Shown: in pieces, positions 26,085 through 39,483 of the stretch
Numbering within the stretch: position 1 is the stretch's first letter
Layout: each line of letters starts with the position of its first letter
Translations under genes and position numbers: made by a program
Notes under the pieces: model-generated
Seen by the model: only the letters and a program-made list of their open reading frames with translations
Told to the model about the DNA's origin: nothing
Databases searched by the model: none
Origin: Dictyostelium discoideum
Taxonomy: Eukaryota
NCBI GenBank assembly: GCA_000004695.1
Contig: CM000150.2
Location: 3,680,001-3,744,000 of the forward strand
DNA: 64,000 nt
Direction: 5' to 3'

Positions 26085-26852
26085 TAAATTATGAATACTC
26101 GATAATAAATGATGATTATTATGTGTATTATGATTATGATTGTGATTATGATTATGATTATGATTGTGATTGTAACTATTAATTAAATGTTGTATATTTT
26201 GTAAATTCATATGATTATTATGTGGTGTAGTTTGTGGTAAATGTATATGATGTAATTGTTGATTTAAATTTAAACCATTTAATGTAGAAGTGTTACCGAG
26301 TAATGATGACAAAGAGGTATTCAAATAAGATTGTTGTGGCAAGCTACTTTGTAAGGCGTACAAGAAATCTGGTTGTAATGTAATACTATTGGCATTTGGG
26401 TCTTGATCGAATCCAAATAAAAAACTTGGATTAGTAAATGCTGATCCACTACTACTAGTTGTTGATGGTGCATTACTAACTGTGGTGTTACTATTTGTAT
26501 TATTATTATTTGTATTATTATTATTGGTATTATTATTATTATTATCAACTACATTATGTGAAATTATACCACCTAATGTATCAATTAAATGATTTTGATA
26601 ATGTGGTGATGGTATTGAATTTATTTGTTGTTGTAATGATTGTTGTTGTTGTACTGGTGGTTGTGGTGGTAATGATTGTTGTTGTTGTATTGATTGTTGT
26701 TGTTGTGCTTGTTGTTGTTGTTTTGTATTTGATAATGCCATTAATAATTGATCGAGACCAACACCAATGGCACCAGCAATCTTATTTAAAGAATTTATTG
26801 ATGAAGAAGATAAGCTTAGACTATTTACATTATTAATTGAGCTAGTAGTCAT
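21971..26852 (-). CDS. very large poly-Q/N-rich C2H2 zinc-finger protein with two GLI/ZIC-like finger clusters; join(26852..25670,25443..21971), about 1550 aa
   Basis: The upstream ORF (MTTSS...) contains fingers CKWNGCECNFYAISEFWIHFRNDH and CDWDYCGVVLKDFQSLTSHIKFNH. It ends ...LLDPYDP at donor GTAAGT (25669..25664). A 226-nt intron ends CTTTAG (25445..25444). The downstream ORF continues in phase 1 and contains FECKWSDCNLGAIFEKLSDLGEHIADH, CEWVGCNRADKPLKSAYNLIHHIRYKH, FHCDYADCDSRFVQLSDLNEHKRNIH, followed by more than 700 aa of N/Q/S/T low complexity and a (QQELK)n/(KEKE)n acidic tail. Confidence 0.65.
25446..25590. repeat. 150-nt polypurine (GA-rich, about 45% G+C) tract on the + strand, polypyrimidine on the transcribed strand, inside the zinc-finger gene intron
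   Basis: agagaaacaaagagaggaaagagaggggagagaggagggagagaaagcc...gcaaagagagggggaatgggaaagcagcaagaagaagcaag. Almost pure R on one strand, in sharp contrast to the surrounding AT-rich sequence. Confidence 0.8.
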
Positions 26853-27388
26853 ATTTATATTACTACTATCAAAGTTTGAATTATTTATAGGTGAATGATT
26901 ATTATTAGAAGCCGTGGTTGATTTTTTAGAATCTAATTTAATATCATCTAAAAAAAAAAAATATATATATAAAAATAATAATAATAATGATTTAATAAAA
27001 TTTAAAAATAATTAATTAATTGATTGATTGATTATAAAAAAAAAAAATTTAAAATTAAAAAAAAAAAAAAAAAAGTAAAGTTAAAAATAAATAAATTAAT
27101 TTATGAAGATGTAATATTTTCGATATTTTAAGAATGTTTATTATAAAAAAAAAAAAAAAAATTAAAAAAAAAAAATAATAAATTAAAAAAAATAATAAAA
27201 TGTTTAATTATTTAAAAAAAAAAAAAAAAATTTTAAATTTAATGCTATAAATAAATTTTATATGTTTATATGGTGTTATGCTATTTATTATGTTGAAGTC
27301 TTTTAATCAAAATGATTTATTTTTTTTTTTTGGTTGTTTAATTTTCTTGTTGAGTTTTTTTGTCGTTGAAAAAAATGAATCTACTTAC

Positions 27389-27422
27389 CGCTATTATTAT
27401 TATTATCGCCCAGGGAATTCAT
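27389..27422 (-). CDS. putative 5' micro-exon of the zinc-finger gene (MNSLGDNNNNS-), spliced to 26947 across a 441-nt intron
   Basis: ATG at 27422 then 11 codons ending at a canonical donor GTAAGT (27388..27383). A (T)10AG acceptor sits at 26949..26948, directly upstream of an in-frame stop-free extension (DDIKLDSKKSTTASNNNHSPINNSNFDSSNIN) of the MTTSS ORF. Phase 1 is consistent. This is inference only, and 441 nt is long for an intron in this genome. Confidence 0.35.
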
Positions 27423-27966
27423 ATTAACAAAAATAATTATTTTTAAATTTATGTGGGTTGTTTTTAAAATAATTTTTTAATTTTTTTTTTTTTTTTTAAT
27501 TTTTTTTTTTTTTTTTTTTTTTTTCCTTTTATGGCTATCTCTTATTTTACAAAAAGACATCAACCTAATATAGACATAATGGGGGTTTTTTGTTTTTGTT
27601 TTTTTTATTTTTAATTTTTTTTTTTTTTTTTTTTTTTGTTTTTTTTCTTTTTATGTATGAAGAATCGATTAAATTTATTGAGTGAAAACAAAATTTTTTA
27701 TGATCGGCTTTCTAATAATAAAAAAACAAAAAAAAATATCATGTCGGTTTGCACAAAAAAAAAATTAAAAAAAAAAAAAAATTAAAAAAAAATTAAATTT
27801 AATTTTTAAAAAATTAAAAAAAAAATAAATTTAATTAAAATCGAATCCAACTTACTCATGCGACCAGGTTAAACAAGAATTTTGGTGTGCGAATAATTGT
27901 TTTTTTTTTTTTTTTGTTGTTGAAATATTTCAACAACACTAATATGAAATAGAAGAATGGTTGAAA

Positions 27967-28012
<46 letters not shown>

Positions 28013-30386
28013 AACAAAAAAATTTAATAAAAATAATAAAAATAAAAAAAAAATTATTAAAGATATTTTTAGAAAATAATCAATTTTTTTTTTTGTTTTT
28101 TTTTTTTGTTTTTTTTTTTAATTTTTTCTAAACATGTACAAAAAATTAATTTTAATTTTTTTTTAATTTTTAATTTTTTTTTTTTTTTAATTTTTTTTTT
28201 TCAATTTTTTTTATTCAACCCTATTAAAACCAGGAAAAGAAGATGGTTGAGAGAGAGTCAAAAAAAAAAAAAAAAAATTAAAAATTGAAAAAAAAAAATT
28301 GAATAGCCCACAATTGTTAAATAATTGGATGGGTATAAGTTATAATTTATTAAAAAGAAAAATTTATTTATTGTTTTTTTTTTTTTTTTTTTTAGTTGAT
28401 ATTTTATTATATTTTTTGTTAATGTTGAAAATATAATAATCAAATCAAAAAATAATAATCAAATCGTATTATAATAATAATTATTAAAATTCGTGCACAA
28501 CAAAGAGAATCTTAGATATTTCTTTGTGTTGTTTAATATTTTAATAGTTTATTATAATTATGTATTTTTGGATTTTTTTTTTTTTTTTTTTTACTAATTT
28601 TTTAAGTGAATTCACTTTTCTGTATAGCCATAATGTTGTCATTATGTCAATGAGCCTGTCAAACAAGAAAAAGAAAACCTTTTTTATTTGATGGTCTGAA
28701 TCTCTGTGGTTGATTCTAAAAAACTATCTAAAATTTAAACTAAAAAAAATGATTTTTTCATTTTTTTTTTTTTGACCAGGAAAACTGGAAAATTTTAACT
28801 TTTTTGTTTTTTTTTTTTTTTTTGTTTTTTTTTTTGTTTTTTTTTCAGTCAAAAATTGAACATAATTTTTTAAAAATCCTGTTTAATAAACAGAGAAAAA
28901 CAGGGCCAGTATTTAATTAAACTGGCCAAATAATTGATTATTTCAATTGAATTTTTACTTTGAATATTATTGTAATTTTGTTTAATTTTATTTTTTTTTA
29001 TTTTTTTCTTTTTTTTTTATTTTTTATTTTTTTTATTTTTTTTTCCTGAGGAGCCCCATACTACCAAAAATTTTATTATCATTATTTTTTTTTTCTAAAA
29101 AAATCAAATATATAAAATGTAATGTAATAATTATTTAAACCAGGTTTTTTTTTATTTTAATTTTTCCTGTTTTTTTTTTTTTTCATTTTTTTTTTTTTTA
29201 TTTATTATAATTGAATGTCTGAATTTTTGGTTTTGAATAAAAAAAAAACCAGTTTGATATTTCCAATTATAATAATCCTGTGAAAATATAGATATATTTT
29301 TTATTATTACTAATTTAACATTTTCTTTTATTTTTTTATTCCTTTTTTCTTTTTCTCCTTTTTTTTTTTTCTCACTTTATTTTTTATCTTTTTTTATCCT
29401 TTTTCTTTTTTTTTTTTTTTTTTTTTTTTTTCCTTTTTACTTTTATAGGTTCCAAAAAGTCTGAAAAGTATCCAACCAAAAAGGATCTCTTCAAAATACT
29501 AAATTTAAAATGATCTAGTTTGCTTTGATTCCTTTTTTCCATTGATTAATTCCTATATTATTCAATTGATTTCTCTAATTGTAAATAATGATCGGATACT
29601 ATATAATTTTCAAAAGGAATTATTGATTGTTTCCGATTCGTAGCCGAAATTTTCTCATTCGTATATGAAGCTACCCTGGTCATGTATTTCCTGACAAATT
29701 TTCTTACTTTTGTAAATCTTTTGATCTTGAATGGTTTGAATTATCAGAATAATTAGAATCAATCCTCCGATCTTTTTGAATATTTAAATTTATTTCTTTT
29801 TTGGTCGGTTATAAATGGTTTTATTTTAATTTTAATTATTATTTTTTTTCTTTTGTTTATTTAGTTTTTTATTTTTAAAAAAATAAAAATTAAATCAAAA
29901 TAAATAAAAGTATTATTTGTTTATTCAATTCAATATTCATAATAATAAAAAAGAAGATAAAAAATAAAAATAAATATTAAAAAAACAAAAAAAATTAAAA
30001 CAAAAATTTATTCTTTTTTTTTTATTAATAAAAAAAGTTTTATATTTATTTTTAAATGTAATTAAACAAATAAATAAAAATAAGTAAATATTTTAACCAT
30101 AGTTCTTAAAGCTTTTTGTCTTTTTTAAACAATTAATTCTATATAATTAATATTTTTAATTTTTAAATCCAAAAAAACTGAATAAAAAAAAGTTAAACAA
30201 ATTAATGGTTATTAAAAAAAAAAAAAAAAAAAAAATCCAATTGGGTAATAAAAAAAAAAAAATAATAATAAAAATCCAACAAATGGGATAACAAGAATTA
30301 GTTTTTTTTTTTTTTTTTGTTTAGAATAATTTTTTATTTTTATTTTTATTTTTTTTTATAAATTCGCCGATAAAATGATTTAATAT

Positions 30387-30746
30387 TTATAAATCCCAAG
30401 TGAATGAATGATATCTTGATATAAAAGAGTTTGGGGAACTTGGACATAGTTCGCATTTGCTGAAATTTTCTTTTAAAAGAATTCTCTCATTTTTTGAATA
30501 ATAGCTTTTAACACTTGAAATATAAGAATTTATGAGTGATCCTTTAAGCAAAGGTTCAAGACCATCTGTATTTGAGTAGATATTTTCAGTTTCCAAATGA
30601 CCTAGGGATGCCACTAAATTATTTGATTGAAAAAAATTATATTCTGTAAATAAAAAGTAATGGTTTGGAATTTCTATTTTGATTATTGGTTCCTCTTTGA
30701 CATAGGTCTCGAATTCGTTACTGTTGGTAATTTTATTAATTTGCAT
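30387..30746 (-). CDS. hypothetical small protein, 119 aa, no recognizable family
   Basis: The only ORF of at least 100 codons in the 4.2-kb ORF-poor region 27.4-31.6 kb. Local composition is less AT-rich than the flanks and codon usage looks host-like, but no motif was recognized. Confidence 0.25.
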   Translation of the reverse strand: MQINKITNSNEFETYVKEEPIIKIEIPNHYFLFTEYNFFQSNNLVASLGHLETENIYSNTDGLEPLLKGSLINSYISSVKSYYSKNERILLKENFSKCELCPSSPNSFISRYHSFTWDL

Positions 30747-31595
30747 TGTTTATATTTTTTTTTTTTATTATTTTTTTTTTTTTTTTTATACCATTTTTTC
30801 CTAAGTTTGTGGTGTCAGTTTTTAGTGACTGACGATTCGGCTACTTTTTTTTTAAAGTGTCAGTCCACAAAAAAATGAAAAAATATAAAAAATAAAATGA
30901 AAAAAAAAAAATCTAAAAAAAAATCTAAAAAAAAAAACTATTGATAAAAAAATTAAAGTCAGACACTTTAAAAAAAAATTCAAAATACAGAATGATCACC
31001 TTCATTTTTTTAAATCATTTTCTATTTTCGAATGCTCTATTTTTGAAAACAAAATTCATATTAAAAATAAATAAAATTAAATCATTGTTAAAAAACATCT
31101 TAATATTCAAAGGTTTTGTTGAGAAAATAATAAAAAAAGCAAACTTTTTTTTTTTTTTTTTTTTATTTAATAAATTTGAATTTTCAATCAAATATATGGT
31201 AAATCAGAGATGGATTGGACCAACCAATTTTTTTATATTTATTTTTTTTTTATTTTTTATTTTTTTTCAAAAAAAAAACTATTAAAAAAAAAAAAAAAAA
31301 TAATAAAAAAAAAAAAAAAACTGATAACCAAAAAAAAAAAAAAAAAAATAAAAATAAAAAAAAATAAAAAATAAAAATAAAATAGTTAATTCTCCAATTT
31401 GATTTTATTCGACTTGTGGTTTAAGATATTTTCGCATTTAATTTTTTTACGACATGATCACGACCACTTTTAATTTTTTTCTTTTTTTTTTTTTTTTTTT
31501 AATTTTTAATTTTTAATTTTTATTTTTTTTTATTTTTTTTATTTTTTTATTTTTTTTTTTTTTGTTTTAAAATTTTTTAAAACAATCACATAATT

Positions 31596-31626
<31 letters not shown>

Positions 31627-31641
31627 TCAACAACAATAAAA

Positions 31642-32013
31642 ATGGAAGAAGTATTAAAATATTTTAGACGTATTTCATCAATTATTATACTTTTAGTTTC
31701 ATCAGTGTATGCAGCAACATTTTTAATGTTTCCTGTGATTGCATTGATTGAACCATTTTATAAAAAGTTAGCATTCAAATTACAAGCTAAAATCGCATCG
31801 GGATGGTTTAGATTGGTTTTATTTGTTTTCGAAGTTCTCAATGGTATAGAAATTAGATATTATGGTGAAGATGATATTCAAGAAGGGGAATCACTCATTA
31901 TGATGATGAATCATCCATCAGAAATTGATTGGTTATTCTCTTTTAGTATTGCACAAAGAAAGAAAGCTTTATCAAATATTAAGGTTTTATTGAAAAATGT
32001 ATTTATTTATAAG

Positions 32014-32048
<35 letters not shown>

Positions 32049-32824
32049 AAAATCAACTAATAAAATTTTTTTTTTTTTTAAAAAATATATAGGAAGTAAG
32101 ATTTGTACCAGGTGTTGGTTGGGGATGTGATAATTTAGATTACATCTTTTTAACAAGAGATTGGACATTCGATGAAAATCATATTGAATATAAAATTAAT
32201 AAATATAAAGAAAGTGAATGTAAACCATGGTTAGTTATTTTCCCAGAGGGTACCGATATTGATGATGTTAAATTAAAAAAAAGTTGGGATGTAAGTTTTT
32301 TAAAAAAAAAAAAAAAAAATAATAATAATAATAATAATAATTTAAAATATATTAATTATTATTATTTAAATTTAAAATTATAGTTTGCAGAAAAGAATGG
32401 ATTCCCAAAATTTAATAATGTACTTTTACCAAGACATAAAGGTTTACATGCATGTGTTGAACCATTAAGAGATACAATTGATTGTGTATATGATTTAACA
32501 ATCGGTTATGAAGGTAAACCAACCATTTTATCATGTATTAGTGGAACAAGTCCAAGAGTTGTAAATATTCATATTAAGAGATATTCACTTGATGAAATTC
32601 CAAAGGATGAAAACCAACTTCAAAAATGGTTATTTAATCGTTATCATGAAAAAGATCAAATGTTACAATACTTAAAAGAAAATAAAACTTATTCAATGCC
32701 ATATAGAATTCATAAACCTTGTAAGTATATTAATTTATAAATCATTATTATTCCAATTGGTTATTTTTTTTTTTCTTTTTTTTTTCTATTCTCTTTTTTT
32801 TTTTTTTGTATATCAAATAATTAA

Positions 32825-32856
<32 letters not shown>

Positions 32857-33063
32857 ATAGCATTATCAATTTATGCATCAGCATTTTTATGGTTTTATTA
32901 CTTTATGTTACCAATCACCAATTTACTTTTAATTTCTTCATTTACAAGAGTGTACTTTATCATAGCATTTGTTTATCACATTTTAAATTCAAAATATGAA
33001 CCACTTCGTAAATTAAGAGGATTACAAAATGCAATTTATTCAAAAAAAGAAAAATCTCATTAA
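31642..33063 (+). CDS. lysophospholipid/1-acylglycerol-3-phosphate acyltransferase (AGPAT/LCLAT1-like, LPLAT family); join(31642..31998,32093..32290,32384..32720,32861..33063)
   Basis: Four exons with canonical sites: donors GTATTT 31999, GTAAGT 32291 and GTAAGT 32721; acceptors ATAG 32091..32092, TATAG 32382..32383 and TTATAG 32859..32860. Phases 0, 0 and 1 are consistent. Acyltransferase motif I NHPSEIDW, motif III FPEGTD, and a C-terminal hydrophobic segment. Confidence 0.75.
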
Positions 33064-33352
33064 ATAAATAAATATTGATTTGGAAATTAGGATTTTGTTT
33101 AGATAAAAAAAAAAAAAATAAAAATAAAAATCAAACCTTATCACTACCGATAATTAAATTAAAGTTTTAAATTATTTAAAGTTTTATTATTATATATATT
33201 TTTTTTTTATGTACAAATAATAAATTTGCAAAATAGCATTAGTTTGAATTTATAAATTATATTATTATTATTGTTGTTATTACAATTAATTATTATTACA
33301 ATTAATTATTATTACAATTAATTATTGTTATTATTAATTATTATTATTATTA

Positions 33353-33355
33353 TTA

Positions 33356-33449
<94 letters not shown>

Positions 33450-33494
33450 TCACAGTCACTATCATTAATATTATTATTATTATCATCATGATCA

Positions 33495-33565
<71 letters not shown>

Positions 33566-34698
33566 TTTATTTTTTTTTTTATTTTTTTTATCTTTATCAT
33601 ATATAATATTATTTATATCATATTTTTTTAATAAGTGTTTTAAATATTTTGATAAATAATCAAATGTTGGTCTTTGTGAAGGATTTTTACTCCAACAACG
33701 TGTAACAATATCAGATATATCAGTATCTTTAAAAATTTCTTGATCTAAAGAAGGTCTTTCATTTTTAAGTACTAATTCTCTTATTCTCCAGTGTGGCTCC
33801 GAATAATATGGTATTCTTTCTGAAAATAATTCATAACAGAGCATGCCAAACGAGTAAATATCAGTTGATTTAGTGTAAGAACCTTGTGATAGAATTTCAT
33901 TACTCATATATGCAACAGTACCTCTTCTAGTTTGAAGATTATATCTTTCATTGGTTTCTTTTGAAAATGGTATTAAAAAATAAAATAAAATAAATTAGAA
34001 TCATCAAACTAAAAATTAATAAATAATAAATAAACATACCTTTACTTGTACCGAAATCTGATACCTTTGCACAAACTAAAGATTTTGGATTCAAAGAAGT
34101 AATTAATATATTCTCTGGTTTTAAATCTCTATGAGTAATACCATTTCTGTGAAGATATGCACATGCTTTTGAAATATCAATTAAAATTCTATAAAAAAAA
34201 AAAAAGAGTTAATATTATTTCAAATCTTTTTTTAAAAAAAAAAAAAAAAAAAAACTTACCTAATTTTTTGAATAATTGTTATTTTATACTTATTTTCATG
34301 AATATATTTACTTAAACAACCTTTTGAACAATAATCTGTTACAATACCATGAATACCAGAAAAAATAAATCTACCCACATATAATAGTATATTTGGATGT
34401 CTTAATCTTTCTAAAAGTGAAATTTCTTTTTCAATTTCATCATGATCAACATATTCATTTTTAAGTAATTTAACTGCAACTGGTGATGATCTCCAAATAC
34501 CACGATAAACTATACCAAATGTACCTTCTGAAATATAGTTTTTAATTATAATTTCATTAAAATCTATTATATTAGTTAATTCACTCTCTAAACGAAGGAA
34601 AACAAATGTTGACCATGATTGCTTTACATCCAATGTTTCAAATCGAACTATTACTTTTTCATTATACTATATATTATAGTTAGTATAATAATAATAAT

Positions 34699-34764
<66 letters not shown>

Positions 34765-37700
34765 TAATTACCTTTGTAGTTGAAAATAAAGTAACTGATA
34801 ATGAAATTGAAGTTTCAACATTTGGTTTTAATTCAATAGATTGAAAAGGTGAACTTGTTATTGAACTATCATCACCTTCTGGGAATAAAAATAATGCATA
34901 TAATGGTTCACTTAACTTATTTTTAAAAGTGATAGTATCATGACAAACTTCACCAAGATCGGATTTTCTACCATTCATTCCAAAATCACAAATATATGGT
35001 GATACTGATACAGGTAAATCTGGATCATTACAATGTTGGAATATTGTATCTGCAATTAAAACATGTGTTTGAGTATTGGTTCTATATTTACCACTTTGTC
35101 CATTTCTATTTTTATAAGTTTTTAAATAATGTTCTAATGGTATTTCATTGGTAACAGGGTCAAGTAAAATATCAATAATATTTAAAGGATTTTCAATAAA
35201 ATCACCATGAGCTAATGATGGAACTAAATGAGGACTTGGTATTTTACTTTTTTTATACTCGAAAAATTCTTGATCAAAAGTATTTCTTTCAAATTGTCTA
35301 ACAAATAATTCACCCTCTGCTTCAATTTTAATATTTCCACCTCGTATAATATTAATATAATCTTCAACATCATCTTCATTTAATTCTGCACCATCACTTG
35401 AATCATCATATTCATCACTATAATCTTCAAAAAATGGTTCATTATTATTTATAATTGGTTTAATTTCTAAATTTTCCATTTCTAATGTTACATTTGTTTG
35501 TAATATTGCTCCTGCTGCTGTTGTTGTTGTTGTTGTTGTTGTTTCTACTGTGGTTGGTTCTAAATTATTATTTTCTGATTGTGTTTGAATATCAGAATTT
35601 CTATTTACTGTTATTGATATATGATTTGATGATGATTGTTCTTGATTTGAATTTATAATTAATGGTGTTGATGGTACTGGTGATTTATTATTTGATGGTT
35701 TCTTTGAATATAGTTCAACACCAAAAACAGCTATTTCAAGTCTTCTTCTTTTTTTATGTTTATAATATCTGGCACCAAAGAATACAATTAATATGGATAA
35801 TAAAACAAGTACTGTAACACAAATTGGAACAATTATTGGTAATAGATTTATTTTTTCAACTGGTATTGGATATTCAATTACAAGTGATGAATAAATTGCC
35901 ATTGATGTTAAGTATGTATTACCTCTTGTTGCAAATGAAATATTTATATTTTCCAATGAGTTGATATTATCGAAATTGAATGTTAAATTTTTGAAAATTG
36001 GTGCTGAATTACTCTCTAATGGTTCCAATAAGAATACTGGTTGATTTTCAATATAAATTGATAATGGTGTTGGTTGATCATCAATTGGTTGATGTATAAA
36101 AAATAATTGAATTTGATAATACTTTGTTTCACTATCAATTCTTGTTGTTATAGTTACTAATTCATTTGAATTAATTGATGTTATACCATTTAAAAATAAT
36201 TCATTAAGGTCATTTGATATATTTAATTTTGGTAAATTTGTTATATATTTTATATTATTTGAAATTGTACAATTATTGCTATTATCATTACTACTAATAC
36301 TACAACCTTTTTTGAATGAATTACCATCAACTGAAATTATTCCATTTTCAGTTGAGTTTTCCATTGACCAACCTGAATAAAATGAATAATTACTAAATAT
36401 TGTAATCTTTGGAAAATTGATAATATACATTATTTCTGAATCTCCTACATTCTTTAATTTCACTGTTACTTTTAAATTTACTGAACCATCATTTTTAAAT
36501 GTTAATGGAAATTTACACTCTTTATTTACACTCTCTGATATAGCAGATGATGTTATTGTTTCATTATCTGATTCGAGTTCACAAGTAATACGACTAATTA
36601 CTGGTGATATTATTACAAGTTTTACTATTAAATCTAATTTTCCACCAACTGGTATTTGATATTGTGAAGTTGGAAAAATGGAATCTACTAGAATAAATTC
36701 ATCAACATTTAAAAGTTCATAGAGGTATGGCACAATCGAAGAACCATAGATTTGATTATTTTGAAGTTGAAAATCATCGATATAAAAGCTTGAGTTTTTA
36801 ATTATGACAGCTGATGATTTAATACCATTATCACCTAATGATGGTGTTGTTGATGAACCAAAAAATGAATCATAAATATCCAACCTTTTAACTTGACCTG
36901 TCAATTTAAAATTATTAACACCAATAATATTTTTTAAAACTAAACCACTTCCTTTTAAATTTACAATGATTTTAGAAGAAATAGTTGAATCTTTAATTGT
37001 AAAAAAAGTATTCTTTAATTCTTCATCACTATTAACTATTAAAAAGTAATCTACTGGATTAATTGAAATTGGATTTACTAAGTTTTTACTAAAATCGATT
37101 GGCTCTTGTGAAAGACTTGGAACAACTATTGAATTAATATCGCATGGAGCGAAGCAATCTTTATCGAAACCTGTAACATTCTCTCTTGATATGAAATTAA
37201 AATTGTATAAAATTTTTTGGCCATTGAATATATCATTAGTTGAGAATATGTTTGGCGAAAGTGAATAGATACCATTGCCTTCATGTCCATAATCCATAAA
37301 TGCTGGTGATGTAGGAAATTCATTTGGTAAAACTAATGAGAAATAATTATTTGATGATTCTATATATTCTGTACCATACTGAGCAATCATACTTGAACCT
37401 GCTGTGCCCACTATTAAATTACCTGATATATTAACATTTGATTGAAAAAATACTAAAGATGATCTCGACGAACCAGTGTTTCCAATGATTACACTATTCT
37501 TTATTGTTACACTATTTGAAAACTCTATATATAGTGAGTTTCTAAATCTTTGATTTTTACCAATTATTATATCTGTCACATTATTTGGATTATCTGATGA
37601 GAAGGTTAGCTTTGTATCATCATATTCTTTATTTGAAGTTTTACCAATTGAATCAAGTAAGTAGTTTTCAATATGTAGTTTAGTATCACCTGTTATATAA

Positions 37701-38689
37701 ATTGATGATTTAGTTCTAGTTGATATTCCTCCAAACTTTAAAGAACCTGAATCATTGAAAAATAATTTTATATTTAGATCTGTTGTTGGTATTGTTAAAT
37801 CTTGCATCTCTAGTTTATTTTTGTTATAGGTAAATCTTGAAGTTCTAACATTTGGAAATGAGTCGCTAACTATAGATACATTGAATCCATTGAATGGATC
37901 TAATGTTGATATATCATTTACCTCTAGTACATTATCTTCTATCGGTTTAGCTGAATACAATATTCTTTGAGATCCAATAAGAGATATGGAACCACCTAAA
38001 CTAAGGATACCTGGGAGAAACCCAAAAGGATCAATTTTGATTATAGTTGAAGAAAGGTCAACAAATTGTAGCACGCAATTATTACAATGAAAATTACCAC
38101 CAGGCAAAACGATTATACCTCCTAAGGTAAGTGTTTGTTGTGATCCAGCTGTGAAACTACCTTCTATACATAGGATATTTATATATGATGGATGAATTGA
38201 CAAAAGAGGGTCTAAAGTCATGTTAGATCCTATAAATTAAGAGAAAAGAAATTGAATGATGTTAATAATTTATTTAGGTTTTAAAGAGTTATAGTATTTA
38301 AATAATATAATACCTTTTGTAATTTTAATATTTGCTTTTAAAAAAGGGCTTCCCGGGAAATTGTCTATGGAAAATTCGTTTGAATTTTTATTTTTTAATG
38401 CACTGTCGCATATATCGGGATAATATAATTCATGTGGCTCTACATTGACACTGTTTGCTTTTGTTGGTATTTTTGAAAAATTTTCAAACTTATTTATTCG
38501 ATATAAGTTATAGTAACCATCGGGTGTATAAACAAAACTACCTGTTTAATAAACAAAAAAAAAAAAAAAAAATTTTGTTGGTTACTGTTAAAGTATAAAT
38601 AAAATAATAAATTTGATCATACCTATAGAAAAAGTATTATTTATTGAAAATATTATTAATATTAATAAAATATATAAAATATAATTCAT
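33353..38689 (-). CDS. gdt-like receptor protein kinase (paralog A): signal peptide, about 1150-aa extracellular domain, one TM, cytoplasmic Ser/Thr-kinase-like domain; join(38689..38623,38541..38314,38229..34772,34666..34260,34188..34040,33957..33353)
   Basis: Exon 1 [22 protein letters not shown] (signal peptide), donor GTATGA. Exon 2, donor GTATTA. Exon 3 is the giant extracellular ORF with [25 protein letters not shown] + KHKKRRR; donor GTAATT at 34771. Exons 4-6 carry kinase subdomains I-XI ([40 protein letters not shown]) and a poly-Asn tail. All phases check. The architecture matches the Dictyostelium growth-differentiation-transition (gdt) family, but this assignment is from memory of that family. 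Confidence 0.7.
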
Positions 38690-39483
38690 CTTTATAAAAA
38701 ATAGATGAAAATAATAAAATCACTCATAAAAAAAAGTGGTTTGAAAAAAAAAAAAAAAAAATTTAATCAATAATAAAAGATTTGAAAAAAAAAAAAAAAA
38801 AAAAATCCAAAGATTTCAAAAAAAAAAATAAAAAAAAAAAAAAGATAAAAATAAAAAATAAAAAAAATTTAAAAAGGATTTTTTTGGGCTGAATTTGATG
38901 GAAGTAAAAAAAAAAAAAAAAGAATATGGCGAATAAAAAATTGGGATACAAAAGATTAAAAATAAAATAAATTACCTACCCTCTGTGACCCCATTTTTCT
39001 TTTTAATTTGAAGGTTTATTTGGTTCAAAATTTTTAAAAAAAAAAAAAAAAAAAAAAAATAAAATAAAATAAAATAAAATAAAATAAAATAAAATAAACA
39101 AAAAAAAAAAAAAAACCAAAAACCAAAACCAAAACCAATTTAAAATAAAAACGGTAAATGTTTGATTTTATTGTTTGTACTTTTTTTTATTTTGTTTTTA
39201 TTAAAAAAAAAAAACTAATGATTAAATATTTTTTTTTTTTTTTTTTTTTTTTCCAATCTTGGTATATAATTCCATTATGTTACTAATGACTGGCATTCTA
39301 ATAATAACTCCATAAGTTTTATAAGTGTCTTGTAGAGGGACGAGTTACACTTGATTGGTAGTTTTATTAAAAAATGTAAAAAAATCTGGAAGGCTCGGTG
39401 ATTTTTTTGACCAATTTACAAATTTCCCAGATTTCGCAGATTTCGTTGTATTGTTCAAATTACAATTCTAACTCAATTTTAAA

